Below are positions 1-9,536 of a DNA stretch of 64,000 nt, piece after piece. Source of the DNA: an uncultured Acidobacteriota bacterium (lineage in GTDB: Bacteria; Acidobacteriota; Blastocatellia; Pyrinomonadales; Pyrinomonadaceae); NCBI GenBank assembly GCA_963738935.1, contig CAVTYF010000001.1, positions 3,310,275 through 3,374,274 of the forward strand, in the 5' to 3' direction. Each line of letters begins with the position of its first letter. Position 1 is the stretch's first letter. The translations under genes were made by a program, and so were the position numbers. The notes below the pieces were generated by a model. It did not search any database, was not told the origin of the DNA, and saw nothing but the letters and a program-made list of their open reading frames with translations.

Positions 1-1
1 C

Positions 2-619
2 GGTGAAATTACAAGTACCGAAACTCAGGTAGCGAGGATCGTCGAGAGTATCGGGGATTTCGAAGCTCGGTTCCTGCCGGTCACATCTACGGGTCAGGCA
101 GCGCTTTATCAGCGGCTCAACGGATTGATCTCGGCTTACGGCCTGGTCAATACGACGGGGCCTGATTACGTGCCGCTCGAGCCGAGCGATGTAAATGGCG
201 GTCAGCAGACCGAGGAAGAAAAGGGCCGATCAAAGTACCGCAGTATCTATCCCGGCGTTTATGCGACTATGACGTTAGAAGGTTCGTATCAGAATCTACG
301 TCGATTTATTCGCGAGATCGAGACGGGACGCGAATTTGTTATCGTAAGTGCCGTTGAGCTGGCGCCTTCTGACAGCGATAAGAGAAAAGATCAGGCCGAT
401 CCAAGCCAGCCGCCTGTGTCGGCGGGAGTTGATCCCTCGACAGGAATTGTGGACCCGAGAGGTTTTCCGGGAACAACGCGTCCACTAGCGCCGCAGAATC
501 CTGTTGGGCGGTCGGCTCGGCAGCAAGGAAAAACACACGGCGAGACCGTCAGTCTGCATATTGAATTGGCGGCGTATTTTCGACGTCCAGGCACATCGGC
601 GGCGACAGCGGCGCAATAG
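2..619 (+). CDS. PilO-like type IV pilus assembly protein, 5' end cut by the window edge, with a Pro-rich C-terminal tail
   Basis: The frame is open from nt 2, upstream of listed ORF 125..619. The segment ATMTLEGSYQNLRRFIREIETGREFVIVSAVELAP resembles the PilO C-terminal domain. Pilus-like genes follow. Confidence 0.5.
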   Translation, partial: GEITSTETQVARIVESIGDFEARFLPVTSTGQAALYQRLNGLISAYGLVNTTGPDYVPLEPSDVNGGQQTEEEKGRSKYRSIYPGVYATMTLEGSYQNLRRFIREIETGREFVIVSAVELAPSDSDKRKDQADPSQPPVSAGVDPSTGIVDPRGFPGTTRPLAPQNPVGRSARQQGKTHGETVSLHIELAAYFRRPGTSAATAAQ

Positions 620-634
620 TTTTTAGACGAAATA

Positions 635-1702
635 ATGGGACTCTTCGAAGGTAAAACTCCAAGCGAGAGAAATAAGATCATCGCCGCCGGTGTGCTTGGC
701 GTCGTGTCGCTTGTTGCTCTCTATATGGCCTTTGGCCGTAGTTTTTTTGGCGGCTCGACGACCACGGCGACGACCAAAAGCTCTCCGACGCCGACGCCGA
801 AGACAAATTCGGCGGCAAACAACAATCAGTTCCTGGTGCCGACGGAAGATTTAGTTATTCCGGTCGTTTACAATCCCGGCAACACTCACGGTGCACCCGA
901 TGCAGGCCGGAACATCTTTGCTTTTTACGAACCGCCTCCGCCGACACCGTATCAGACGCCTTCGCCGACACCGGAAAAACTGCCGCCGCCGCCGTCACCG
1001 ATCGTGACGCCAACGCCCGCATTCGTCGTGTCCTCTATCTCGCCGCCGACGATTTATGCCGGGACGAAGGGCGGATTTAAGCTCGATGTCTATGGCGACC
1101 GGTTTACGCCCGACGCCCGTATTTATTTTAATCAGACCGAGATGCCGACGAACTTCGTCAATTCGCAGACCCTAGCGACCAATATTTCGGAAAACATGGT
1201 CGCTCAGGAAGGACCAAAACAGATCATCATCCAGACGCCGGATGGGCGATCCTATTCATTCGCAGTTTCGATGAATGTACTCCCTCCGCCTAAGCCGACG
1301 ACGTTGCAGTTCATCGGTATGATCGCCCGAACGCGGGGTAACAATAACACCGCCTATTTCCTCGAAACCGGGAAAACGACGCCGTTCGGAGCGAGGCTGA
1401 ATGACGTTGTCGGCGGCCGATTCCGACTGGTCGATATCTCGGCGGTCGAGGTCGTTGTCGAGGATGTGACGCTCGGTTTCAGACACCGAATCACAATGAC
1501 AGCCGGCTCAGGCAGCATGCCGACACAGCCGGGCGGCGGATTTATCCCGTACAATCCGAGCGGTTTTCCTCCGCCTCAGCCTCCGGGCAGCCCGCGCATG
1601 ATGCCCGGTCAGGGTCAACCGCAGCCGCTGCGACCCGATCAAAAACGACCACCTGACAAGAAAGAAGACGTTGACGACAATGACGATCCGGGCAGCAAAT
1701 AA
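635..1702 (+). CDS. membrane-anchored Pro/Thr-rich protein with an IPT/TIG-like domain; function unknown, possibly pilus-associated
   Basis: 355-aa ORF with an N-terminal TM helix (IIAAGVLGVVSLVALYMAF). It has PTP-rich linkers and an Ig-like stretch (SSISPPTIYAGTKGGFKLDVYGDRFTPDARIYFNQ). Confidence 0.5.
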   Translation: MGLFEGKTPSERNKIIAAGVLGVVSLVALYMAFGRSFFGGSTTTATTKSSPTPTPKTNSAANNNQFLVPTEDLVIPVVYNPGNTHGAPDAGRNIFAFYEPPPPTPYQTPSPTPEKLPPPPSPIVTPTPAFVVSSISPPTIYAGTKGGFKLDVYGDRFTPDARIYFNQTEMPTNFVNSQTLATNISENMVAQEGPKQIIIQTPDGRSYSFAVSMNVLPPPKPTTLQFIGMIARTRGNNNTAYFLETGKTTPFGARLNDVVGGRFRLVDISAVEVVVEDVTLGFRHRITMTAGSGSMPTQPGGGFIPYNPSGFPPPQPPGSPRMMPGQGQPQPLRPDQKRPPDKKEDVDDNDDPGSK

Positions 1703-2357
1703 CCGAAGCGAACGCGGAATGACGCTACTCGCGGTGATGGCCGTTATGACCGTCTTCGCCATAGGTCTGCTCGCCGTTGCTCCATCGATCCACCAGGAAA
1801 TACAACGCGAAAAGGAACTCGAATCGATTCGTCGCGGCGAAGAGGTCGCCGAGGCGATCAGGCTTTATGTCATGCATTACGGCGGATCGAGGCTTCCGAG
1901 TTCGATGGACGATCTGATCGAAGGGCTGCCAGCGGGAACGAAGCGTCGACAGATACTGCGTGCCTCAGCCGCCATTGACCCGCTTAGCGAAGACGGTCGC
2001 TGGCGCCTGATAAAGGCAGACGTTACATCGTTAGGCGGCTTTGCCAAACGGGTGCAAAGTTACAACGGCGGGGTCCTGCCGCCAAACCCCAACCCGACGC
2101 TCGACCGCTATGGCGTTGTCGTCATCAGTGCGATAAATTCCGAAACCGAGGAAGACCTTGAGAGCGAGGATGAGAGCATTGAACTGCTGACCGAAAACAC
2201 GCCATTTATCGGCGTTGCCAGCCAAAGCAAAAGCAAATCCATCATCGCCTATTACGGCATCGAGAATCATTCAAAATGGGTCTTCACACCGCTTTTTCGC
2301 GGTACTGGCGTCAGCCAGCCATTTCGCCGACCCGGCAATCGATCGACAAACCGCTAA
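1671..2357 (+). CDS. pseudopilin-like protein with a prepilin-type N-terminal hydrophobic segment
   Basis: The N-terminus reads RSERG|MTLLAVMAVMTVFAIGLLAVAP, similar to a prepilin leader plus hydrophobic helix but lacking the canonical Glu at +5. It overlaps the previous gene by 32 nt. The start codon is uncertain (1671, 1680 or 1719). Confidence 0.45.
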   Translation: MTTMTIRAANNRSERGMTLLAVMAVMTVFAIGLLAVAPSIHQEIQREKELESIRRGEEVAEAIRLYVMHYGGSRLPSSMDDLIEGLPAGTKRRQILRASAAIDPLSEDGRWRLIKADVTSLGGFAKRVQSYNGGVLPPNPNPTLDRYGVVVISAINSETEEDLESEDESIELLTENTPFIGVASQSKSKSIIAYYGIENHSKWVFTPLFRGTGVSQPFRRPGNRSTNR

Positions 2358-2377
2358 ATCAGCCGGATTTGGCAATC

Positions 2378-2812
2378 TTAGACCTCTTCGATCACAAGGG
2401 GACGAAATTCCGAGATAAGTCTAAAATCTTTTGCGTTTTTGGTTATCACGGCCAGTCCCAAGCGGCGGGCATTCATTGCCATTAGACAATCGTTGGTCAT
2501 CCGAGAACGTTTGATCATCTCAAAACCATATTTCTCGCCGACGCTCAGAAGTACATGCCCAGTCAATTTCCAATCGTTTTCGTTAGGGAGCAAAAGCCTG
2601 CGAGTCAAGGTATAGTCGCGATCAAGCTTAGCGAGAAGTTTTTTTGCAATAGGATCCGACGCACCTGAGTAAAGTTCCTGCAGCACCACCGCGCTTAGGT
2701 AAACGAGAACATTTGCGTCCTTGAAATAAATGCGCCGTTTCGCAAGAATCGCCAAGTCGCCAAGGCGTAGCGAATCAATATAGACCGAACTATCAAAAAT
2801 GACACCGCTCAA
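2378..2812 (-). CDS. vapC: PIN-domain toxin (VapC family)
   Basis: 144 aa. The N-terminus MSGVIFDSSVYID carries the PIN acidic residue. It overlaps the upstream small antitoxin ORF by 4 nt, the usual TA arrangement. Confidence 0.8.
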   Translation of the reverse strand: MSGVIFDSSVYIDSLRLGDLAILAKRRIYFKDANVLVYLSAVVLQELYSGASDPIAKKLLAKLDRDYTLTRRLLLPNENDWKLTGHVLLSVGEKYGFEMIKRSRMTNDCLMAMNARRLGLAVITKNAKDFRLISEFRPLVIEEV

Positions 2813-3063
2813 TCCAGATCCTCTAACCGGCCGTAAACATCCTCAATCTGCACGCCGGCTTTTATAGCTTCTTCCAAAAACTCGTTGTGAGCCTTCCAGG
2901 CGAGGATGTTGGTTTCTTCCTCGCTTATAACACGGTCGAGAGCTATTTCAATTGTCTCGGTTTCCGTGCGAGTTCCCAGAACCTTTTGTGCACGCTTGAG
3001 TCGGGCCTGATCGAGAATAAAGTGTTTATTCTTTCGCGTCGATGATTTTACAACTGCTGCCAT
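2809..3063 (-). CDS. vapB: VapB-type antitoxin (DUF2191-like)
   Basis: 84 aa. FILDQARLKRAQKVLGTRTETETIEIALDRVI matches the VapB/DUF2191 pattern. It is translationally coupled to the PIN gene. Confidence 0.75.
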   Translation of the reverse strand: MAAVVKSSTRKNKHFILDQARLKRAQKVLGTRTETETIEIALDRVISEEETNILAWKAHNEFLEEAIKAGVQIEDVYGRLEDLD

Positions 3064-3078
3064 GACAAATTCCTCCGA

Positions 3079-3105
3079 TGTACATAATACATAATATTAT
3101 GCACA
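3079..3105. promoter_or_regulatory. inverted repeat upstream of vapBC; candidate autoregulatory operator
   Basis: tgtacataata-cataa-tattatgcaca: 11-bp arms with 1 mismatch, lying 16-42 nt upstream of the vapB start on the minus strand. Confidence 0.3.
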
Positions 3106-3118
3106 TGAGCAATTTTTA

Positions 3119-4408
3119 TCAGCCGGGATAATCGAACACAATATTGCAAAACGCTTTAACGCCCACATCTAAACGGCTGTCGTCGATAAAGAAATCAGGC
3201 GTGTGATGCGGAGCCGCGCCCTTTCGATCTTTCCCTTTTGGCATGCCGCCGACGAAGAAATAGAACGATGGCGCCTTTTCGCCAAAGTACGAAAAATCCT
3301 CGGCCCCGGTGACCCAATCGGCGGCGATCACATTTTCCTTCCCGGCGGCTTTGTTAAGCGACGGCAGCATTTTTTCGACCAGTGCGGGTGTGTTATAGGT
3401 CACCGGGGCTCTCGTGTCGATCGACACTTCGACCGTGGCACCCATGCTCGCGGCGATGCTCGTTGCCGTCTGACGGATCTTGGCGTGGACATCCTTTTGC
3501 ATCTCGCTGTCGAGCGTTCTGATGGTGCCGGCCATGGTGAGTTCCTCAGGAATGATATTCTCGCGAATACCGCCGTTGATGCGGCCGACGGTAATCACGA
3601 CGGGTGCTTTTGGCAATTCCGACCGCCGGGCGACGATCATCTGTAGGCCGGTGTAAATCTGAGTGGCGACGGCGATTGGGTCGATTCCTTCCCACGGGTA
3701 AGCTCCGTGTGTCTGCTTGCCTTTAACCTTGATTTGAAACCAGTCGCTCGCGGCCATCATTGAACCGGACTTATATTTGATCTTGCCGATCTCGGTCTGT
3801 GAATTAATATGGATGCCAAAGATGGCATCGATCTTTGGCGAGTCCATCACGCCTTCCTTGACCATGAGCGGCGCGCCGCCTTCCTCACTGGCTGGCGGGC
3901 CTTCCTCGGCAGGTTGGAAGATAAAAACGACCGTTCCCTTGATCTTGCTCTTCATACCGGCGAGTACCTCGGCGGCGCCCATCAGCATGGCGACGTGCGT
4001 GTCGTGACCGCAGGCGTGCATAACGCCGACCTTTTGACCGTTAAACTGGGCTGTTTCCTTTGAGGCGAATGGCAACGCATTACGTTCGGTCACGGGCAGG
4101 CCGTCCATATCGGCCCGAAGCCCGATCACGGGGCCTGGCTGCGCGCCTCGTAAAATGGCGACAATGCCGGTTTTCGCGACGCCGGTTTTCACCTCAAAAC
4201 CGAGCTTTCGCAGATGATTTTCAACATACTTCGCCGTTTTTACCTCGCTGTTTCCAAGCTCAGGATATTGATGCAGATGCCGCCGCCATTCGACGACCTG
4301 CGGCATTATTTTCATGGTCGCTGCGTCGATGTCCTTGCTCATATCGACGGCAAAAATTGGGCTTGCCAGTAACAGAAATACCTGTATCGCGGTTGCAAAC
4401 TTCAACAT
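3119..4408 (-). CDS. M20-family amidohydrolase / N-acyl-amino-acid amidohydrolase-like peptidase, secreted
   Basis: The HACGHDTHVAMLMGAAEVLA motif is typical of M20D enzymes. The likely start is MLKFATAIQVFLLLASPIFA (signal peptide) at 4408, preceded by GAGGTGA. The listed ORF extends to 4474. Confidence 0.85.
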   Translation of the reverse strand: MLKFATAIQVFLLLASPIFAVDMSKDIDAATMKIMPQVVEWRRHLHQYPELGNSEVKTAKYVENHLRKLGFEVKTGVAKTGIVAILRGAQPGPVIGLRADMDGLPVTERNALPFASKETAQFNGQKVGVMHACGHDTHVAMLMGAAEVLAGMKSKIKGTVVFIFQPAEEGPPASEEGGAPLMVKEGVMDSPKIDAIFGIHINSQTEIGKIKYKSGSMMAASDWFQIKVKGKQTHGAYPWEGIDPIAVATQIYTGLQMIVARRSELPKAPVVITVGRINGGIRENIIPEELTMAGTIRTLDSEMQKDVHAKIRQTATSIAASMGATVEVSIDTRAPVTYNTPALVEKMLPSLNKAAGKENVIAADWVTGAEDFSYFGEKAPSFYFFVGGMPKGKDRKGAAPHHTPDFFIDDSRLDVGVKAFCNIVFDYPG

Positions 4409-4574
4409 ATGATTCACCTCGGTTTTTATTACAGAATTGTTTGTAGATTGTAACGCGGAACCGCAGGAATGCAAGTTAATGAATCGCGGCCCGCTGAATA
4501 GATCTCGACCGTCGTCGTGCCGTCGGTAAATATTCCGAAGAGATCATAGAGGCCGCCGTGAAGAACAGTGCCTT

Positions 4575-5481
4575 CTATTTTTTTCGCACGTAAGTGAAAT
4601 CGAACGTCGTCGTCCATGTCTTGCCTTCATCTACGGAGCGTTCACCGTGCTGGCGAACGTCGCCATTCGGCAGTTTCGAAAATGTCATCCGCCCGATCGC
4701 TTTTTTGCCGTTGAAAACCGATTCCGAGTCGAGCACCATCTTCCCATCGACAATCCCGCCGATGTAATGCGTGAATGTACCCTTGTCGTCCACCCATGTC
4801 TGGTGCCATTTCTTGTCGGTTGTGTTGAAGATGTTAAAGCTCTTACCCGACGAGACCGGCGTCGACCAATTCTCGAAGATGATGCATTGCCCGAGGATCA
4901 ACTGAATACTGCTCGAACCGACCGTCACGCCCTGCGTATTCTTCGCGTCCCACTCGCCGATCCAGAAATCGAATTCGCGAAACGAAGGGCTCGCTTTACA
5001 AGGGTTAACCGCACCGTCGTGCTTTTTTACGAGATCTATAAACTTTGCTTCGGATCTGATCGCTGCAAAATCCACTTCGCTATTTAGCGAATCGGGTGAG
5101 ATACCGCCGAGAAGCTTTGCTCTTTCCGAGCGTCTCGTAAACTTTGTCTTTGTTTTGATTTCGAGCGTATGCCCGAGCGAGAGCCAGGCCGAAAACTGGA
5201 TTTGGCGAGGCAGCAAAGACATTCTCAAGCTGCGTTTGAGCGTTAACATTGTCGCCTACACCTAGCAGCGAGAGGCCATACCGGTAACGTGCTCCGGCAT
5301 TCTTCTCCTCGGCTTTAACGATCTTTTCATACGCAGCGGCGGCGGTTTTCCAGTCCTGTTTCTGGAAAGCCTCGCTTGCCGCCGTTCGCATCTCAGGTGT
5401 CACGGCAGACGCCGTTGTAGGCTGGCCAAAGGTCAAGATCGATGTCGAAAATATCAGAACAACAAGTACGATAGCCCTCAT
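4575..5481 (-). pseudogene. secreted TPR protein fused to a DUF1579-like C-terminal domain, interrupted by a 1-nt frameshift near 5122-5130
   Basis: ORFs 5080..5481 (signal peptide plus TPR) and 4575..5249 overlap in different frames. Dropping one G in CTCGGAAAG (minus strand) gives the continuous sequence ...KDKVYETLERAKLLGGISPDSLNSEVDFAAIRSEAKF... Confidence 0.6.
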
Positions 5482-5560
5482 AACTACAAAAACTCCTTTA
5501 GTGTTGTTTGCCTGTCAGATGCGGCGGCCAGCCATTCTAGTTTGCTGCGACACACTTTAT

Positions 5561-6043
5561 CTACGGCTTCATCGCCTTTTCTTTTTCGCTGCAATCGCCC
5601 GGATCCATCGTCGACGCACCATTCGCGATCTTCCAACCTGCGTCAGTTCGAACCAGGTTGAACTGATTGATGCCGCAGTGCGAGAGTTTGCCTTCATTAA
5701 AGAAAACATAACGCCCCCAAACCATTGCCCAGTCGCCGGAAATATCGACCTTTGGATCCGGCATGACCTCTTTGGCCGCACCGGGTTTTGTGAAGAATTT
5801 CGTGAACTGTTCGCCCCCGATCACGCTAATCCGCGATTTACCGTCGCGGCCTTTTTGTATAGCCACGAGCTGATTCTCTGCGGTGCCCGTTGCCAGGATC
5901 GCGGCAGCATCCGCCGCCGCCATTCCGTCAAAAAGCTTTTGGACGACACTGAGAACGGCCGACTTGTCATCGGGTTTTTGGGCGAACGCATTGTTTGCGA
6001 ACAATGAGATAGCAAGCGTAAAAATAGTAAGTACTTTTTTCAT
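5561..6043 (-). CDS. secreted NTF2/SnoaL-like (DUF4440-like) protein
   Basis: 160 aa. Signal peptide MKKVLTIFTLAISLFANNAFA. The size and pattern (GDWAMVWGRYVF...GWKIA) fit an NTF2-like fold. Confidence 0.55.
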   Translation of the reverse strand: MKKVLTIFTLAISLFANNAFAQKPDDKSAVLSVVQKLFDGMAAADAAAILATGTAENQLVAIQKGRDGKSRISVIGGEQFTKFFTKPGAAKEVMPDPKVDISGDWAMVWGRYVFFNEGKLSHCGINQFNLVRTDAGWKIANGASTMDPGDCSEKEKAMKP

Positions 6044-6084
6044 ATTCTCCTTTATTTAGCTCCACGTAAATGGACGCATTCCGA

Positions 6085-6963
6085 TCAAAAATACTTTTTC
6101 TGCAGCAATGTCGTGAAGACATCCGCATTCGGAAAGTTCTTCTTTACATCGAGCGTCACCTGTTCGGTCTCGCTTGGGCTGACGTGGACCGCAACAAGGC
6201 GTTTGGGTTTGATGTGCTGCTCGATGAGCACGGGGCCGGTTTTGCTGGTCAGAAACCAATACGGAAGTATCGCGATGTCGATTCCCTTGGTCTCAAGATC
6301 GAATGCGTCAAATATCTCGGGCGTGATCTCGGCATCGCCGACATGCAGTATCTTCTTGCCGCCGATGCTTACGACGTAGCCGAGACTCTGGATCGCCGCG
6401 TGTCGTCCGCCGCCGTGGCCAACACCCAGCACCTCCACATCGATGCCGGCGAATTTCAACGGTTGTCGCGACTTCAACGTGTACGTGATCGGCGTGACTC
6501 GGCTTTTAATCGAAACGTATCCGGCGAAATTCGCCGCCACCTCGTCAACGACCTGCTGCGACGATGCAAATACCGTCTTCGGGCTGCTTTTCAGATAGTT
6601 CCCGACCGCTTCCGGATGAAAGTGATCGCCATGACGATGCGAAACGAGCACAAGATCAATCTTGTCGAAAGGCGGTTTCGCGGCTTCGATCTTTGCGCGT
6701 TCGACATCCGGAAGAAATGCGTACGCATCGTCATATTTCCTGTGAAGCCCGTCGATCAGCACTCGTTTGTCGCGTGAAGAGATCAGCACGCCTTCGTTGG
6801 CGATGTACTGAACCTCAAGCGCTGCAGACTGAGGAAATTCCTCGCGAACCTCGGACGACGGAATCACTGGTGCGGGCTCAACCGCACGACACGCAAGCAC
6901 GACCGTAACGGTCAGTGCCGCGGCCATAAAGGTAAGAAATGTTAACAGCACACGTCCGTACAT
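6085..6963 (-). CDS. MBL-fold metallo-hydrolase, exported
   Basis: Contains the HxHxDH motif (LVSHRHGDHFH) and an N-terminal hydrophobic signal. Confidence 0.75.
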   Translation of the reverse strand: MYGRVLLTFLTFMAAALTVTVVLACRAVEPAPVIPSSEVREEFPQSAALEVQYIANEGVLISSRDKRVLIDGLHRKYDDAYAFLPDVERAKIEAAKPPFDKIDLVLVSHRHGDHFHPEAVGNYLKSSPKTVFASSQQVVDEVAANFAGYVSIKSRVTPITYTLKSRQPLKFAGIDVEVLGVGHGGGRHAAIQSLGYVVSIGGKKILHVGDAEITPEIFDAFDLETKGIDIAILPYWFLTSKTGPVLIEQHIKPKRLVAVHVSPSETEQVTLDVKKNFPNADVFTTLLQKKYF

Positions 6964-6965
6964 AC

Positions 6966-8384
6966 TTACTGTTTATGTTCGATCATCGAACCCGCGATCT
7001 TCGGGGCGATCTCGTTTAGCCAGCCGTTTAGCTCGGTTTGCGGGTAGTATTTGCCTTTCAGCATCACTCCGGCACGATCATAGGTCGCAGAAATGTCGGC
7101 GAGCGGGTTTGCGTTTAGCAGGACGAGGTCAGCACGCTTGCCTTTCTCGACCGTTCCTACCTTGTCGAGCACGCCGAGGAACTCCTGCGGATGCCGAGTT
7201 CCGGCGGCGAGTGCCGCGTAATTTCCGATACCGGCATCACGCAGGGCTTTAAGTTCATGATGCAGGGCAAAACCGTAGAGCCATAGGAATTCGGGCGTGT
7301 CGGAACCCGCCATTAGCTTACCGCCGGCGTTGTGGATTGCTTTGATCAGCTTGTTGCGGGCGTCGATCCACCTTGCCTTTCGCTCCATTGAAACCTGCGT
7401 GATCAGCCGCGAGCGTTTGTACCAATTTAGCCATTGGTCCTGGACTATTTTTGGATAAAACTTAAAATCCGGCTGCGCCTTGATCGATTCCTCGCTACGG
7501 GGCGAACCGAACGAGTTTTTGAAGAAATGCTGCGTTGGATTCGAGAACGGATTGGCCTCGACCGACTTCTTCGCGACGATCAGGATCTTTGCCTCGTCGA
7601 TAAAATCGATGCTTTCCCAGTTCTTCGGGTCCGACATGTAAAGATCGGAAACCGAGCCTTTCATCGGGGCGTCGTCCTTGAGGATCTGTTCCATGTAGCC
7701 GTCAAGATGTTCGATCTGCTGCCGGGTTTTCCACGCACGTGGCACCGTAACGTATTCGCGATCGGCGTGGCCGACGACGCGAATGCCCTGCTTTGCCGCT
7801 TCGTCAACTGCCGCCTCATAAAGCGGTGCGGGAACGTAGGTCGTGATCTTAATAAAGTCGTATCCGGCGGCCTTAGACTTGCGGATCGCCTCGCGTGCTT
7901 CTTCTTCTGTCTTGATGACAAAGTTATTTCCCTGCTCGCGTCCAGTCAGATGGGGCGACGCGACCCAGATCGTCGGAGCGTTGATCTCTCCTTTCGCCGA
8001 CTGGCTGCGATATTGAAGCAATTCCGGCGTCCCGATCATAAACCGGACGGTCGTCACGCCGTTCGCGACCATCACTCGAAGTTCGTCGTGGGCAATCGAA
8101 TCGGGATACTCGGGCCCGTCCGAAAGTAAATGCGTGTGCATATCGACAAGGCCGGGAATGAGGTATTTAGCTTTGCCGTCGACAACGGTTGCCTCCTTTG
8201 GCACCTTAACCTTCGCGGCATCGCCGATCTCGGCGATCAAGCCGTTGCGAACGATAACAGTTTGATTAGCAACAACGCGTTCGCGGTCCATCGGGACAAC
8301 ATTGACGCCGACAAACACCGTAATCTGGGCGTTTGCTGAAACTGCAAAGGTGATCGATATAAGAAAAAACAGAAGGTATTTCAC
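6966..8384 (-). CDS. amidohydrolase-family protein (metal-dependent hydrolase), exported
   Basis: 472 aa with a signal peptide. PGLVDMHTHL and the C-terminal GKRADLVLL motif are typical of the amidohydrolase superfamily. Confidence 0.8.
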   Translation of the reverse strand: MKYLLFFLISITFAVSANAQITVFVGVNVVPMDRERVVANQTVIVRNGLIAEIGDAAKVKVPKEATVVDGKAKYLIPGLVDMHTHLLSDGPEYPDSIAHDELRVMVANGVTTVRFMIGTPELLQYRSQSAKGEINAPTIWVASPHLTGREQGNNFVIKTEEEAREAIRKSKAAGYDFIKITTYVPAPLYEAAVDEAAKQGIRVVGHADREYVTVPRAWKTRQQIEHLDGYMEQILKDDAPMKGSVSDLYMSDPKNWESIDFIDEAKILIVAKKSVEANPFSNPTQHFFKNSFGSPRSEESIKAQPDFKFYPKIVQDQWLNWYKRSRLITQVSMERKARWIDARNKLIKAIHNAGGKLMAGSDTPEFLWLYGFALHHELKALRDAGIGNYAALAAGTRHPQEFLGVLDKVGTVEKGKRADLVLLNANPLADISATYDRAGVMLKGKYYPQTELNGWLNEIAPKIAGSMIEHKQ

Positions 8385-8411
8385 TGATTTACTCCTCGAA
8401 AAACTGTTGTA

Positions 8412-9437
8412 TTACATGCCCGCAACGGCAATACCGTCAGGTGCGGCTCCCGGAGTTGCGGTTCCGGTGATCGTCATTTTTTCGAGGTCGATTTTGAGCA
8501 CCTGATCGACGCCCGGCGAGGCCGGGTTGGGCCGTCCGGCGGTGACAAAAAGGGTCTTGCTGTCGGCCGAGAAAGCTACTCCGAGCGGAATGTTATCGAG
8601 CTTGAGCCGCTTAACTTCTTTCCGCGTTGCCGCGTCGATCACGAGGATCTCCTTTGTCGGGATCATGGTGCAGATCACATACTTGCCGTCGGGCGTGAAG
8701 CGAACGCGATACGGGCGGCCCTTTATGTCGATCTTGGCGACCGATTTGGCGGTGGCGAGATCGACGACCTCGGCCATTCCTTCGACGTTAAGGCCGACCC
8801 AAACCTCTTTTCCGTCCGGCGACAGATCGATCGCCTCGGGCTGTTTGCCTACCGCGATCTGGACGATCTGCGAAGGCCCGGGCGGAGCGGTTTGCGTGAA
8901 ATTAAACACGGTGACGCTGTCCGAGCCGATATTTGCGGTGTAGAGTTTCTTCTGATCCGGCGAAACGACGACCATGTGCGAGGAATTTTGGCCGGTGCCC
9001 ATTATCCAATCGACCTTGTTCGCTACCGTGTCATAGCGGGCGATCGCACGATTCGTCTCTGCCGAAAAATACAGTTTTGTTCCAACAACATGCAGCCCGT
9101 GCGGCCGCATCAGGGGCGAAACATCGACGCGGCGAAGCTCTTTCGCCGTTGCTATGTCGATGACCGAGATCGAGGTTCCCGGCCCGAGGCTACCGCCGTA
9201 GTTTGAAACATAAGCTGTTTTGCCGTCCGCCGATAAAACAACTTCGTGAGGCCCGTCACCCACCGGCACCTTGCCAGTTGCCTTCATCGTTACCGGATCG
9301 ATTATCGACATCGACGCCTCGCCTTTGTTCGTTGTGACGAGAACGGGTTTTACCTGAGACAAAACTGTCGTTGAGAACGCGGCGAGACATAAAACCGCGG
9401 AGAAAATTAAACAGAAAGGTCCTGATTTTGATTGCAT
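8412..9437 (-). CDS. YVTN/YncE-like beta-propeller repeat protein, exported
   Basis: 341 aa with a signal peptide and repeated ...GxxPxGLxxSPDGKxxYV... blades. Confidence 0.7.
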   Translation of the reverse strand: MQSKSGPFCLIFSAVLCLAAFSTTVLSQVKPVLVTTNKGEASMSIIDPVTMKATGKVPVGDGPHEVVLSADGKTAYVSNYGGSLGPGTSISVIDIATAKELRRVDVSPLMRPHGLHVVGTKLYFSAETNRAIARYDTVANKVDWIMGTGQNSSHMVVVSPDQKKLYTANIGSDSVTVFNFTQTAPPGPSQIVQIAVGKQPEAIDLSPDGKEVWVGLNVEGMAEVVDLATAKSVAKIDIKGRPYRVRFTPDGKYVICTMIPTKEILVIDAATRKEVKRLKLDNIPLGVAFSADSKTLFVTAGRPNPASPGVDQVLKIDLEKMTITGTATPGAAPDGIAVAGM

Positions 9438-9536
9438 ATTCGGTGCTAATACGCGGTTGACTAGAAAAGGTTTTCGGTCAAGATCGTTGCCAATGCGATC
9501 TGTATGATAAGATATCGCCGATCTGGAGAGAATCTC

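Noticed and set aside
3203-4446. Plus-strand ORFs antisense to the M20 peptidase (3203..3646, 3777..4007, 3809..4063, 4060..4446), and similar long antisense ORFs inside other large genes (for example 7434..8129, 10010..10537, 30565..31206, 46500..47168, 62186..62734)
   Set aside because: They are Arg- and Gly-rich shadow ORFs, typical of moderately GC-rich coding DNA. The opposite-strand genes carry clear family motifs.
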